Source: a virus. From it: a DNA stretch of 64,000 bases. The stretch lies in the IMG/VR virus record IMGVR_UViG_3300045988_136773; one strand, 5' to 3'. The position numbers and the translations under genes are program-made. Of the stretch, positions 18,417 to 29,300 are shown one piece after another. Below the pieces are notes generated by a model. It did not search any database and was not told the origin of the DNA. It saw nothing but the letters and a program-made list of their open reading frames with translations. The stretch's first letter is position 1, and every line of letters starts with the position of its first letter.

Positions 18417-19898
18417 GTGAGTAGATTACTTGATAAACTAAATAAGAGCATAACTAAGCATGATGCTGTTTCTTATATAAGATCTATTGTTACCGGGTCT
18501 GTATTTCGGACGACTGATACAAGAGGTAATACTAGCATAACCGATATTAAATCTAAAATTGATACAATGCGAGGTCTTGCAAGGGATTCTCAAATTGCGA
18601 CAGCATTGTCCTATTATGCTACAGATGCTACTACAACGAATACATCTGGGCAAATTTTATGGGCTACATCTGATAACAAACAGTTAGCTGATATCATAAA
18701 TGGTCTTTTCAAGAAATGGAATATCAATTCTTACGCAAGAGACCATATTTTAGAACTTGCAACTATTGGTAACTTATATATACCAACAACAGATATGTAT
18801 AAGGAGTCCACTTATTCTACAAAACAGATTGGTATAGCCTTAGACAATAATACTATTCCAAACAGAGATTTTGATATTATTCCATCATATAAAATCCCTC
18901 CAGAAGATGTTCTGCATTTGTGGTATCAGGGACAACCATGCGGTTATATGTACGCACCAGATGATGATTTTAGCGGACACATTCGCTATCCTGAATCATC
19001 GATCATACACTTCTCTTTGGGTGGAATATTAGGTGACTACACAATTGACACCAAACAAGCTGATGGATCTGTAAAGACATGGGATATCATGTTTGCTGAA
19101 CCACTTATGAGCAATGCAATTTCACCTACACAGACATTAAATTTGTTAGAGGATGCAACACTACTTTCATCTTTGAGTCGTGTAGTGCGCTTTGTAAATG
19201 TAGACTGCGGTGATTCAAATGACGAAGAGGCTGTTACCGCATATTTGCAACAAATTAAAGATGCGATTGAGCAAAATCTGTCTATCAATACGTCTACTGG
19301 AGACGTTCAAAGCTTTGTAAATCCACAAAGCCCGAATAATTTAATTTACCTTCCAAAACGTAAAGGTCAAGATATTGTATCTATAACAGATTTGAACATG
19401 GCTGACTTTACAGAGGCTGATAATAACTTGTTGGAATATTATCAAAACAAGAAACTATCTGTTCTCGGTGTGCCAAAAGAAGCAATGAACTTTTCATCTA
19501 ATGAGGGTTTAGGCGGTGCTGGTTCTGTTATGTCACAGCGTTCTGCTCTATACGCTAATATTCTGACAAGAATAGAAACTGCATACAAAGCAGGGTGGAC
19601 GAGTGCATTGAATACATATTTCAAGTCAAATAATATGAGTGCATATGCTGATAACTTTGAGCTACACATGAATCCGATCATTACAACTCAATCTACAATT
19701 CAGTTTGACAGACGTGATTCTGCACTGAGTCAAGCGGATACATTTGTAAATGTTCTAAAGAATTTAGGTGTCACAAAATCAGATGCATACAGAGAAGGAC
19801 TATCTGAGATCCTCACAGAGGGATTTCCTCAAATGGGATCAGACGCTAATGGTTGGCGGTTAAATTTGGAAGAAGGAGATGATACAAGTGAACTCTAA
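18417..19898 (+). CDS. Portal protein
   Basis: 493 aa and located in the terminase neighbourhood. The acidic C-terminus and general composition are typical of portals. Called by position and size. Confidence 0.6.
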   Translation: MSRLLDKLNKSITKHDAVSYIRSIVTGSVFRTTDTRGNTSITDIKSKIDTMRGLARDSQIATALSYYATDATTTNTSGQILWATSDNKQLADIINGLFKKWNINSYARDHILELATIGNLYIPTTDMYKESTYSTKQIGIALDNNTIPNRDFDIIPSYKIPPEDVLHLWYQGQPCGYMYAPDDDFSGHIRYPESSIIHFSLGGILGDYTIDTKQADGSVKTWDIMFAEPLMSNAISPTQTLNLLEDATLLSSLSRVVRFVNVDCGDSNDEEAVTAYLQQIKDAIEQNLSINTSTGDVQSFVNPQSPNNLIYLPKRKGQDIVSITDLNMADFTEADNNLLEYYQNKKLSVLGVPKEAMNFSSNEGLGGAGSVMSQRSALYANILTRIETAYKAGWTSALNTYFKSNNMSAYADNFELHMNPIITTQSTIQFDRRDSALSQADTFVNVLKNLGVTKSDAYREGLSEILTEGFPQMGSDANGWRLNLEEGDDTSEL

Positions 19899-20223
19899 TC
19901 AAGCATCTATATCAAATCTATTTTTCCATGATTTGAAGTTGTACAATAGCACAAATTTCAGAACATTGTGCAGATCTGATTTGACATCAGTTACACCAGA
20001 AACTGTAAAAGCGTTCAGTAGTGTAATTACACGATATTTTATTTTCGCTGAAAAGCATCCTGAAATTTCTGATTTACAACTGAGAATGTTGTACTTCCAG
20101 TTAAAGCTTGATATGATTGGACGGTATTTTGCAAATTATCCGAATGTAAACTCAGATGATCTAATTGCATTTCAGACAGAGCTAAAATACTACGTTGCAG
20201 AAGATGGTGATTCTGATGTCTGA
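19879..20223 (+). CDS. hypothetical protein (114 aa)
   Basis: Co-directional ORF that overlaps the portal gene's 3' end. Confidence 0.45.
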   Translation: MIQVNSNQASISNLFFHDLKLYNSTNFRTLCRSDLTSVTPETVKAFSSVITRYFIFAEKHPEISDLQLRMLYFQLKLDMIGRYFANYPNVNSDDLIAFQTELKYYVAEDGDSDV

Positions 20224-20833
20224 GCCTTTACGATATAATATTTCAGATTGGCACCAATTATCTGGATGCCAATCCAATAATAGCCGTGATTTACGAATAT
20301 TTGTATCTGATTTTATTCAGGATAGTCGTCTTGTAGGACTTCGTATTCAGATATGTCATGCAGATTTTGGAATCCTATTCTCGTGCATTTTGAATGCGCG
20401 TGGCAGTCTTGTATCTAAACTTGGAAGTCAGATTGCTTATGAACTATCAACAGATACGATTCTTTCGATATTGAGCAAGTATGGATTTCTTATCACATTC
20501 AATCCTAAAGCACATTTACCACAAGATCAGTTAGCTTATCTGAAATCTATACAAGCATTTGGATTTGATAAGATTCGCGTAATATCAGTTCCAAGTTTTG
20601 AGAACAGCATAAAAATCTCAAAATCTCATATTGTGGCATTTAATGTTGACAAGAATCCGAAATGGATAGATAACTTGTACTCTCCATCATACAAAGAGTT
20701 TCGTGTAAGCCTTGAAACTGGAAGTACAATTATTTTATCAAGAATTTCTGATACAAATAAATGGTCTTGGGGTTGGTTAGATTATGTAGCGTCAATCGAT
20801 GATATTCTAAAAGATAATATGGATGGTGAATAA
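20216..20833 (+). CDS. hypothetical protein (205 aa)
   Basis: ATG 20216 overlaps the upstream stop. Confidence 0.5.
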   Translation: MSEPLRYNISDWHQLSGCQSNNSRDLRIFVSDFIQDSRLVGLRIQICHADFGILFSCILNARGSLVSKLGSQIAYELSTDTILSILSKYGFLITFNPKAHLPQDQLAYLKSIQAFGFDKIRVISVPSFENSIKISKSHIVAFNVDKNPKWIDNLYSPSYKEFRVSLETGSTIILSRISDTNKWSWGWLDYVASIDDILKDNMDGE

Positions 20834-20835
20834 TT

Positions 20836-21078
20836 GTGGATAACAAAGCAATTGCAATTGTAACTGAATATGTTAAGAGTCATTTAGATGTAACAGATGG
20901 TAACATTGATTTTGGAGTGTATACAGTATGGAAATGCAAAGCACTTCAGAATTGGAAGTATCTGTTGTCTACCACATTGTTCGATGGTATGTACTATGAA
21001 CTGACATATAATGGTGACAAGCACGAGTGGTACCTTGACGCTTACAAGAAGTTTGAGAACAAAGTGATTACAGAGTGA
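20836..21078 (+). CDS. hypothetical small protein (80 aa)
   Basis: GTG start 2 nt after the upstream stop. Confidence 0.45.
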   Translation: MDNKAIAIVTEYVKSHLDVTDGNIDFGVYTVWKCKALQNWKYLLSTTLFDGMYYELTYNGDKHEWYLDAYKKFENKVITE

Positions 21079-21091
21079 TAGGAGTTAAATT

Positions 21092-21385
21092 ATGAAAAAG
21101 CTATTCATTTCACAGCCGATGCGTGGTAAATCCGACGAACAGATCATTGCAGAACGACGTACTGCAATTCAGACTGCAATGCATTATTTGAATGAAGATG
21201 TAGAAGTCATTGACAGTTTCTTTAAAGCTGCACCACATGACGCAAAGCCATTGTGGTTCCTTGGCAAGTCATTAGAACTTTTGTCCACTGCTGATGTAGT
21301 ATATTTCGCTGACGGATGGCAGGATTATAGGGGATGTAAAATTGAGCATGATTGTGCTGAAGCCTATGGTATCAAAATTTTATAA
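21092..21385 (+). CDS. DUF4406-like (nucleoside 2-deoxyribosyltransferase-like fold) protein
   Basis: MKKLFISQPMRGKSD... and ADVVYFADGWQDYRGCKIEHDCAEAYGIKI match the remembered DUF4406 pattern (MKK.YI.GPM.G ... L.GW..S.GA..E...A...G). Confidence 0.5.
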   Translation: MKKLFISQPMRGKSDEQIIAERRTAIQTAMHYLNEDVEVIDSFFKAAPHDAKPLWFLGKSLELLSTADVVYFADGWQDYRGCKIEHDCAEAYGIKIL

Positions 21386-21400
21386 TTCTGGTGATGTACT

Positions 21401-21937
21401 ATGCAAAATAATCTTATAGGTCCTGACATACAGCTGATGCGTGATCGCTATGACGAAGCTCTAATCTTACAAGGAATCCAATGTAAATATCAATATCCTT
21501 TATTTGCAGATTCCAATGCACAAGGTGAGTCTGTTATAGATAGCTATTCAGAAATGATTCACACACAGATATTTTTTGACGGAAATCCAAAGGTCAAAAC
21601 ATATAAACGACTCGGATGGGTAGTTGAAAATGATAAGGACTTGCCATTTTTGGTACATTGCAGCTTTAATTTACAAAACTTGCAAAAAGACTGCTTATTT
21701 CATATATCCGGTCAGTATACTGGTATGCCAGATCGAACATTCCGTGTTACAGAGTTGACATGTGATATACAAGCACCGGATCATATGATTGCACAAGTAA
21801 TTCCTGTATATGATAAACAGACTGTAGGACGTACCAGAAAAGAAATTGCAAAGACATTTGATAAATCAAATTATTTCCTACAAGATCCGATAGATTATCG
21901 AGGAACTTATGTATCAGAGTTGCCAGGTGATAGATAA
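21401..21937 (+). CDS. hypothetical protein; neck or tail-completion candidate by position
   Basis: 178 aa ORF upstream of the sheath gene. Confidence 0.4.
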   Translation: MQNNLIGPDIQLMRDRYDEALILQGIQCKYQYPLFADSNAQGESVIDSYSEMIHTQIFFDGNPKVKTYKRLGWVVENDKDLPFLVHCSFNLQNLQKDCLFHISGQYTGMPDRTFRVTELTCDIQAPDHMIAQVIPVYDKQTVGRTRKEIAKTFDKSNYFLQDPIDYRGTYVSELPGDR

Positions 21938-21949
21938 GGTGGTGAATTT

Positions 21950-22564
21950 GTGCTATACCTATATGATAATGCAATTGTGGACGATTTGATGCGTAGCTTT
22001 AACCCAAATCATGTAGAAAATCCAGTTGTTAAAGTGATTTCTCCAGAACAGATTATAGGACTAGCTGCACAAATTCAAGATGACAGTGTATCATTTCCAA
22101 TTGTAGCACTAGATCGAGATGATAATACATCCATTGACGCAGATCGAATGAATTTTACACGAGCACATTTTGGGGTATCTTCAGTTTTAGATACTGAAAC
22201 TAATAATTTATACTATGAGAAAGCAATACCAGTTAAGCTATCTTATGGTTTAACTCTGTTGACTACAAACACAGCAGACAGAGATGAGTTATTAAAGGAA
22301 CTGATGTTCAAATACATGAATATGTATTATTTGACTATACAGTTGCCGTACTACTGTAAACGTAAGATTCGATTTGGTGTAACAATTGACACTAATTCTG
22401 AGATTCAGCATTCCTCTGGAAGTTTTGACTATCTGGAAAGTGGTAAATTGTATCAAACGATACTACCATTGCAGTGTGAAGGGTGCGTGCTTGTAAGCTA
22501 TACTCCTGTGAAATTAAAACGAGTTACACATTCTGTAAATGCTGAACTAATCGATAAATCGTAA
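21950..22564 (+). CDS. hypothetical protein; tail terminator or completion candidate by position
   Basis: 204 aa ORF with a GTG start, upstream of the sheath gene. Confidence 0.4.
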   Translation: MLYLYDNAIVDDLMRSFNPNHVENPVVKVISPEQIIGLAAQIQDDSVSFPIVALDRDDNTSIDADRMNFTRAHFGVSSVLDTETNNLYYEKAIPVKLSYGLTLLTTNTADRDELLKELMFKYMNMYYLTIQLPYYCKRKIRFGVTIDTNSEIQHSSGSFDYLESGKLYQTILPLQCEGCVLVSYTPVKLKRVTHSVNAELIDKS

Positions 22565-22575
22565 ACCTTATATAT
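22564..22575 (+). promoter_or_regulatory. Copy 2 of the recurrent motif (AACCTTATATAT)
   Basis: It starts at the last base of the upstream stop codon and lies 19 nt before GTG 22595, ahead of the sheath and tube genes. Confidence 0.35.
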
Positions 22576-22594
22576 CGTCATGTGAGGTGATATT

Positions 22595-22828
22595 GTGATC
22601 TACAAAAACCTATCTCGCACTACAAAAACTTTTTATGGTGTAACATTCAAGCCAGGTTCATCTCATGAAGTATCTGGTTATATAACAAATCCAGATTTTA
22701 TCGCAGTTTCCTGTGCAGACGAGACATCTAATGCAAAGAAACAGGCTACTGCGAAAAAGCAAGTCGTACAAAAAGAAAAAGCACAAAAAGGGGATGAGTT
22801 AACCAGTGGCACAGATTGTAATAAATGA
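22595..22828 (+). CDS. hypothetical small protein (77 aa)
   Basis: GAGGTGA RBS; its 3' end overlaps the sheath start. Confidence 0.45.
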   Translation: MIYKNLSRTTKTFYGVTFKPGSSHEVSGYITNPDFIAVSCADETSNAKKQATAKKQVVQKEKAQKGDELTSGTDCNK

Positions 22829-24668
22829 GATTTCTCAAAACTATTCGTATAATATCGGTACTACATCTTATGCAACTGTAGCGATGCCGATTACTGCCAT
22901 GTGGGGACCATGCTATGGTGATCCGGAGTCCATTGTAGGCGATAATGGTACAGTTGATGATGTTTTAGAGCAGACATCATTCCAGCATTTTACAGCAACG
23001 CAATCCGGACTAGAAGCATTTACATCTACGTATCGTGGACCTGCATCGAATTACAGATTAGCAAAGGACTATAGTTATCAAATGGCAGTAACCCTACTTA
23101 CTGCTGGCTATGATGTTCTTGTTTGTCGCGTTTGTCCTGGTGCAAAGGCATCCAAAACAGTAGATGCTTATGCCCCATCCGGCACAAAGCCACACATTAC
23201 ATTTACAGCAAAATATCCTGGTACTTTTGGTAACAGATTAAAGATATCACTTACTAAAGCATCTAACGGGAAATACTGGAATCTAATTACATATGTAGTA
23301 GACGCATCTGGTGTTACTACAGCTGTTGAAAATTTGATTTTTGTATTCGATGCAAACGCTGCAACGGATATTATCCCTCATGTTAGTGAAGTCGAATCAG
23401 ATTTTATTGACATTAGTACAGATATTTCAGTTGACACTCATGCTTTTGATTCCAATGGTTCTACAACTGTAGTTCAGCAGCTATCCGGTGGTTCTGACAC
23501 TATGACATCTGATTCAACTGCTTCTACAGCATGGGAATCAGCAAAAACACTTGCTGAAACAAGATATAAATCTGCGGGTTATACAGAAACATCCAGTTGT
23601 AAGTATATTTCCGCATTTGACACAGCACCAACTGATTCATTAGTGGCAAATACTCAGAAATACAAAGAATGGATATATAATGCAGCGTATACTGTATATG
23701 ATCTGCTACAGGATAAACTAAACTACAATCCAAATCGCATTATCAGTCCTGGTTGGGACGATCAGAATATTTGTGAACTTACAAATTCATCCGAATCTGT
23801 TCAGCTTACTGAGGTTTCTCCATTGCATAAAAAGATAATGGAAACTGCGTTTACAAGTCGTTGTGCTACAGGATTTATTGATATTCCGAAGTCAGAATCA
23901 AGACAGTATGTGTCAAATGATGATTCCAAAAAGCTTGGATATGCTCAGATGCTTTCTAAAGTAGGAACCGATGTACTTACTACAGATGCAAATGCGGCTT
24001 TATATGCGTCGCATTCTGCATTGTTTGCACCATGGGGATCTTACAAGTATGTAGGAGCATCAAAAGCTTTTACTGCATCTCCGTCATTTCTTGCATTAAT
24101 GCTGCAAAGAGCAATGATTTTAAATCAATCCTTACAGTATGAGTGGGCATTACCTACAAATCGTAAGCACAATCTTACTGTTGGTAAGATGGATTACAAG
24201 GTATCTAAGCATTTTCTTGACATCTGGCAAAAGCTTGATGGGGTTAGCCTGAATGCAATTACCGAGATACCAGAACTTGGTTTGAACGTGTGGGGCAACT
24301 CGACATTATATGATGTGCTACCTGCTACATACCAGGCACTTGCAAATCTATCTACAAGATTTTTGATAAATGCTGTAGAGGATGTTGTGTATAAGTGCGG
24401 TATTGCAATTACGTTCCAATATAATAATCAGCAAGCTTATGACAAATTCTATGCTGGGGTAACACCAACATTGGATACTATGAAGAATGTGGGTGCTATC
24501 GAAGATTACTATGTAACTATGGCTGCTGATATTAACGGCTTGGATCAAGTAAACGCCAATACTGTAATTGGTAAAATCTATCTTGTAGTCAATGGCGTAG
24601 TGAACGACATTAAGGTTGATCTGATTGCACTTCCTCCTGGGAGTGATTTAAATCAATATAAGTCTTGA
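22806..24668 (+). CDS. Tail sheath protein (T4 gp18-like)
   Basis: MAQIVINEISQNYS...AMWGP...GYDVLVCRV and C-terminal NVWGNSTLYD follow the sheath pattern. 620 aa, with the tube gene directly downstream. Confidence 0.85.
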   Translation: MAQIVINEISQNYSYNIGTTSYATVAMPITAMWGPCYGDPESIVGDNGTVDDVLEQTSFQHFTATQSGLEAFTSTYRGPASNYRLAKDYSYQMAVTLLTAGYDVLVCRVCPGAKASKTVDAYAPSGTKPHITFTAKYPGTFGNRLKISLTKASNGKYWNLITYVVDASGVTTAVENLIFVFDANAATDIIPHVSEVESDFIDISTDISVDTHAFDSNGSTTVVQQLSGGSDTMTSDSTASTAWESAKTLAETRYKSAGYTETSSCKYISAFDTAPTDSLVANTQKYKEWIYNAAYTVYDLLQDKLNYNPNRIISPGWDDQNICELTNSSESVQLTEVSPLHKKIMETAFTSRCATGFIDIPKSESRQYVSNDDSKKLGYAQMLSKVGTDVLTTDANAALYASHSALFAPWGSYKYVGASKAFTASPSFLALMLQRAMILNQSLQYEWALPTNRKHNLTVGKMDYKVSKHFLDIWQKLDGVSLNAITEIPELGLNVWGNSTLYDVLPATYQALANLSTRFLINAVEDVVYKCGIAITFQYNNQQAYDKFYAGVTPTLDTMKNVGAIEDYYVTMAADINGLDQVNANTVIGKIYLVVNGVVNDIKVDLIALPPGSDLNQYKS

Positions 24669-24684
24669 TCGGTGGTGATGTGAT

Positions 24685-25230
24685 ATGTTTACACCTTTAT
24701 ACATGGGTACAAATCATATGCTAGGAATTGACAATTTTGTTCCATTAACTACAAATAACTTTGAAATCCGTATCTATAATATGGACGGTTCCACTCCAAC
24801 TGAAAACGCAGATCTGTTGACGTTGTCTACCGATGAGGTTGGTTCCGTACAAGAACAACAAGATAGCATTGTTGTCCATTATGGGAATGGTGTCATTAAG
24901 TTTCCGTCTAAGGTTACATTTGCTGATGTTGACTGGACACTGAACTGTTATTGTGAACCGAATGTACTTGACGCTTTACGTGCATGGCGTAAGCAAGTAT
25001 ATGATTCCGAAACTGAAAAGATGGGATTACCGTCTGAGTACATGAAGCAGGTATATTTCATTAAGTATGACGGACAAGGCCGTGCAAGAGATGTTATCAA
25101 GTGTCCTGGAACATGGATCGGTGCACTTGATAATGGTAGTGGCAATCAGACAGGCGGCGATATTGTTAAGGTAAAAGTTCCGTTTGTCATTTCTCGTGCA
25201 ATTTACTTGAAACCAGAAGATATTCGCTGA
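24685..25230 (+). CDS. Tail tube protein (T4 gp19-like)
   Basis: 181 aa, directly after the sheath gene, with a gp19-like layout (NFEIRIYN...VTFADVDWTLNCY...VKVPFVISRA). Confidence 0.75.
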   Translation: MFTPLYMGTNHMLGIDNFVPLTTNNFEIRIYNMDGSTPTENADLLTLSTDEVGSVQEQQDSIVVHYGNGVIKFPSKVTFADVDWTLNCYCEPNVLDALRAWRKQVYDSETEKMGLPSEYMKQVYFIKYDGQGRARDVIKCPGTWIGALDNGSGNQTGGDIVKVKVPFVISRAIYLKPEDIR

Positions 25231-25267
25231 TTTTAATTCACCTTAAAACCTTTGAGGAGTGTTTCAC

Positions 25268-26101
25268 ATGGCAATGATTTCAGAAAAGATCGAACTGCTT
25301 GGTAAGAATTTATATACTGATATTCCGGGTACACTGACATTAAAAAGCATTCCAACAGCATCTGAATTGGAGTATGTTGGTAGTGAAGATTTTGTAGGTA
25401 CCATGCTGGATAGCATTCTTCCAGAGGCAGTAGATGAAAATTTAAATTTCCATAATCTTTTGGAAGTAGATTACTATTGGATTTGTAGATGCCTTAGAAT
25501 TTTGAATTATGGACCATACTACACAACTAATGCTGTGTACTGTCGTTCATGTGGAAAGGTTTCATACGGAGAATTTCGAGTAAATTTGAAAACTATCAAT
25601 TGCATTCCTATTCCTGATGATTTTTCAAATGACATCGTGGTTTCAAAAGATGAATTTTTGGATTTCAGCGGTGATGTGCATTTAGCACTGCCTACAATTC
25701 AGCAGATTATCAATTGTAGAAACGATAAGGCATTTCAAACACCTGACGGTAATCTTGACAGTGATCTTGCAAGAATCTGCTATATGGTTACGTCAATTGG
25801 CGGAAAGTCTAATTTAACTCCGATTGAAATCAAATATAAAATTAAGAATGATTTGAGTGCAGCTGATTATATCATACTGCGAGATCGTATTTCAGAGCTG
25901 TCTGATTTTGGATTGCGTAATGGTGGCACAGCACAGTGTCCGAAATGTCATAGTAATGACGCTTCATTTGTTGCATTGGTTAATGATAAGTTTTTTCGCC
26001 CGTCCCTGGGAGATCTCCGGCAATGGAAACACGATCGAAGTGCAGGGGAAAATAAAAACATATCAAGAAGTGCGACAGCAACTATACGAAAACATAATTG
26101 A
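25268..26101 (+). CDS. Tail assembly chaperone candidate (zero-frame product) with two CxxC pairs
   Basis: It lies between the tube and tape measure genes and has CRSCGK and CPKCHS. GAGGAG lies 8 nt before ATG 25268. Confidence 0.5.
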   Translation: MAMISEKIELLGKNLYTDIPGTLTLKSIPTASELEYVGSEDFVGTMLDSILPEAVDENLNFHNLLEVDYYWICRCLRILNYGPYYTTNAVYCRSCGKVSYGEFRVNLKTINCIPIPDDFSNDIVVSKDEFLDFSGDVHLALPTIQQIINCRNDKAFQTPDGNLDSDLARICYMVTSIGGKSNLTPIEIKYKIKNDLSAADYIILRDRISELSDFGLRNGGTAQCPKCHSNDASFVALVNDKFFRPSLGDLRQWKHDRSAGENKNISRSATATIRKHN

Positions 26102-26246
26102 TGAAACAATTTTTATTGCACGAGCATCTGAAGGTGCTGTGTCAACAGAATGGCTTATGCAGCAACCGATTTTTATTCGGAAAAAGTATGTAGATTCCTT
26201 TACTGCTGAATTGAAATCTAGAGAGGCTGCTTTGAAAAAGAAATAA
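25268..26246 (+). CDS. Candidate frameshifted chaperone fusion (G-T type; +1 or -2 shift at the T6 run)
   Basis: The downstream frame has no start codon or RBS of its own near the overlap. It encodes a plausible globular tail (...EWLMQQPIFIRKKYVDSFTAELKSREAALKKK). Confidence 0.4.
25988..25997 (+). promoter_or_regulatory. Candidate recoding (slippery) site AAG TTT TTT C
   Basis: A T6 run at 25991-25996. The overlapping frame, open from 25857, continues 145 nt past the zero-frame stop to 26246. Confidence 0.45.
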
Positions 26247-26252
26247 TTGAAA

Positions 26253-26288
26253 TAAGGGATAAGGTTAAGGAATCTTATCCCTTGTTTT
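26253..26288 (+). terminator. Hairpin plus U-rich tract between the chaperone and tape measure genes (attenuator or terminator candidate)
   Basis: AAGGGATAAG-(10 nt loop)-CTTATCCCTT, a perfect 10 bp stem, followed by GTTTTA. Confidence 0.4.
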
Positions 26289-26307
26289 ATGCATAGGTGG
26301 TGGTTTT

Positions 26308-29300
26308 ATGCCTACAAATAATAATGACATAATTTCTGAGATTAATGGCAGCGATCAGTCAAATTCCAAGAACTTCAGCAATTTTGAAGTTAAAGAATTA
26401 TATATACTTGAATCTATTGACAAAACTGTAAAAGATATTTTGAAATCAAGTGGGCAATCTTCACAGTCCAATGCATTCAATACCTTATCTGGTAGTAGAT
26501 CATTTCGAGATAAATCAAAATCAAATATATCAGCCGGAAAGGGATTTTCTCGTGGTGCTACAAATGATTTTGCAGATGCTTTTAAGAAATCAATCTTTGA
26601 AGCACTTATCGGTTCTGATTTTAAGGAGCAAATTCAAAGTGTATTTTCAGATTTAGCAGACGGGTTAGGCGTAGAAATAGGTGATATTCCAAAAACTCTT
26701 GGTGCAGAACTTGGAAAAACTGTGATGTCTGCATTTAAGGGTTCCGCGATTGGAAAAGAATTAACTGGTAAATTAGATGACGCGAAATCTAAATTTGTTA
26801 GTAATTTAAGATCTACTATACTTGGCACTAGCCAGCAATCTGCAAATGCTAAAAATGAGAAGTCTAAAGGTTCTCAATCTCAGCAAGCTGACGGAGATTC
26901 TATATTTAGAAAATCTACTAAAAGCAATGTAGTATCTGACATACAGAATATTGTAATTCATGCACAAAGTGTTACAGTACAACAGTCTGATATTTCTAAT
27001 CTTGCATCCGGTATATCAGAGGAACCCGCTGAACAGATTAAAAACATCATTTCAAGCAATCTTGGGGGAGATGCACTAGCTAAGTTCAAAGAAGCGGATT
27101 TGGGTACGATAAAAGATTTCATATCAAAGGGCGATAAATCCAGTATTGCAAACATGTTTACTAGTGCATTTGGTGAATCTGGAGAAGTGTCATCCACTAT
27201 TCAGGCTCTAACAGGTATGATGAGTACCAGCGGTGCTGAACTAGTCGGATCTTCCGAATTGGCAATAGGTGCAATAGGAGGATTAACCGGTGCTGCTGTA
27301 GTAGCAGGTGCTGCGATGGTTGCAGTGACAGCTGCTATGTGGGCATTGTCCCCTGCAATCGAAGCTACTACAAAACTAATAAAGAAAGCATCAGAAACCG
27401 CAGATAGATATGCTACATCTAGACAAAATCAAATTAAAACTGAAACAGATCGGTTAAAAGCAGACGTAGAAACAATGGTTAAAGCCCCATTTGACATTCT
27501 AAAGCAGGCTGCTGAAGAAATGTATAATGTGTGGGACACTAATCTCAGAAAAATAAATGGTACACAAGGATATAGTAAAGATGACTTACAAGATTTGATT
27601 GCGTCATTTGCAGATAGACTGCGTTCTGAGGGTTTAACAAAAGTTGTCAGTGCAAGCTCTATTACAGATAATCTTGCAAAGGTGTTGGATTCTGGACTAA
27701 GTGGTAAAGTTGCAGAAGAATTTGCGTATATTGCAACAAAGCTTAATGCCGCAATTCCGACACAAGATTTCTTTTCATATGCAAGTACTTATTCTTCTAT
27801 TGCCGCAAATGCAATCCGACAAGGCAAGTCACAATCTGACGCTATCGACGAGGCCAATCGACAGTTAGAAGGATTTGCAAATAATATTTTATATGCAAGT
27901 CGCGAAGTTGCAGGTGGTTTTACAACTGGTTTAAAGGACGCAGAGAATCTATTCACAGAGTCTGTACAGATTGCACAAGCGTCTAAAACTGGAAATGCTA
28001 CTCAGATTTCCGCAGTGATGACTGCTGTTTCTGCTATTACAGGAGCAATTGCACCAGATTTAGCACAGTCTATGACTGACGCTATTTACAAGGCGGCGAC
28101 TGGTGGTAATAGCTCAGAGATTGTGGCACTACGTTCACTAGCAGGAATCAATGCGTCAAATACTGAATTTCTGAAGCAACTAGCGCAAGATCCACAGAAG
28201 GTGTTTGCAAATCTGTTTTCTGAATTAGGAAAACGTCAGAATATGTCAGAAGACGCTTATATGGAAGTTGCAGAAGGACTCTCTAGTATTTTCGGCGTGT
28301 CTTCTGATGCTTTTGCAAGAGTGGATTTTTCCTACTTAGCTCAGGCTATATCATCTATGGATACAAATAGCACTGCACTGCTGGATAATATGGATCTTCT
28401 TGCATCTGGTCAAACTACCACAAATGCAGAACAGTTAAAAATGCAGCAGATCAATGAGTACATGCTCGATGAAGGATTGTCATATGTACTTGATAACGCC
28501 GCCGCTAGATCTATTCAAGAACATATGTGGGATGAACAAATTGCAAATGATTTGATGGATGCTACATATGGTGTAGAGTTGCAAGGGTCTGCACTTGAAT
28601 TTCTGGAAGGAATTCGTCATACTGTAGAAAACATTATGATACTTGTAAATCCTGCTGCTATGTTTGGAAAGATTAAAGCAGGAATTACAAATTTGATTGG
28701 ATCCGCAGTTGAAAGTTCCGCACAAAGGGCAGATGTAAAGCAACTCCTTGAACTTGGAAAAGTTGGAACCGGAAATGCTACAGCAGCTTATCAGCTGACA
28801 ACAACTGGTCAAAACCTAAATGTAACAGACGACATTATCAGTCTTATGGGTGGCATTTCAGCATATTCGACAACATCAAAAATACGGCAAAGTCTTGTAA
28901 ATACTTACACGCCATGGAATTCTTTTTACGATGCAACATCATCCAGAGGATTTACAAATCGGATGAATCAGGCATACGCTACATTATCGTCCATTGGATC
29001 TATATTTAATTCTAGTCTATCTTCTAACTATTATTGGGGGACTGTAGGCAAAAGTAGTTCTGGTATATCTTCTGCCATTACAGGATCTGATGTTTTAGGT
29101 GTATCTGCATTAAAATCACGGGAATCTCAATCTAGTAATCCAACACGAGTAACAAATAATGCAGTGCAGAAGTTTCTAGGTACAATGAGTTCTTACTTGG
29201 AAGAGAATTCTGGAAAGGATGTTTCTTATGAAGACTGGGCGAAAACTGCAACCAGATTTGGAATATCGAATTTATCTGATGCACTAACCGATGTAGGTCT

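Noticed and set aside
25857-26246. The 129-aa ORF as an independent gene
   Set aside because: Its listed start is only the first in-frame ATG of the open stretch, deep inside the chaperone gene and with no recognisable RBS. It is better explained as the recoding extension reached at the T6 run, or as a homopolymer assembly error.
27200-27360. The hydrophobic segment in the tape measure protein as a holin-like element
   Set aside because: It is a single hydrophobic stretch inside an 1188-aa tape measure protein. Such segments are common in tape measure proteins and are unrelated to lysis timing.
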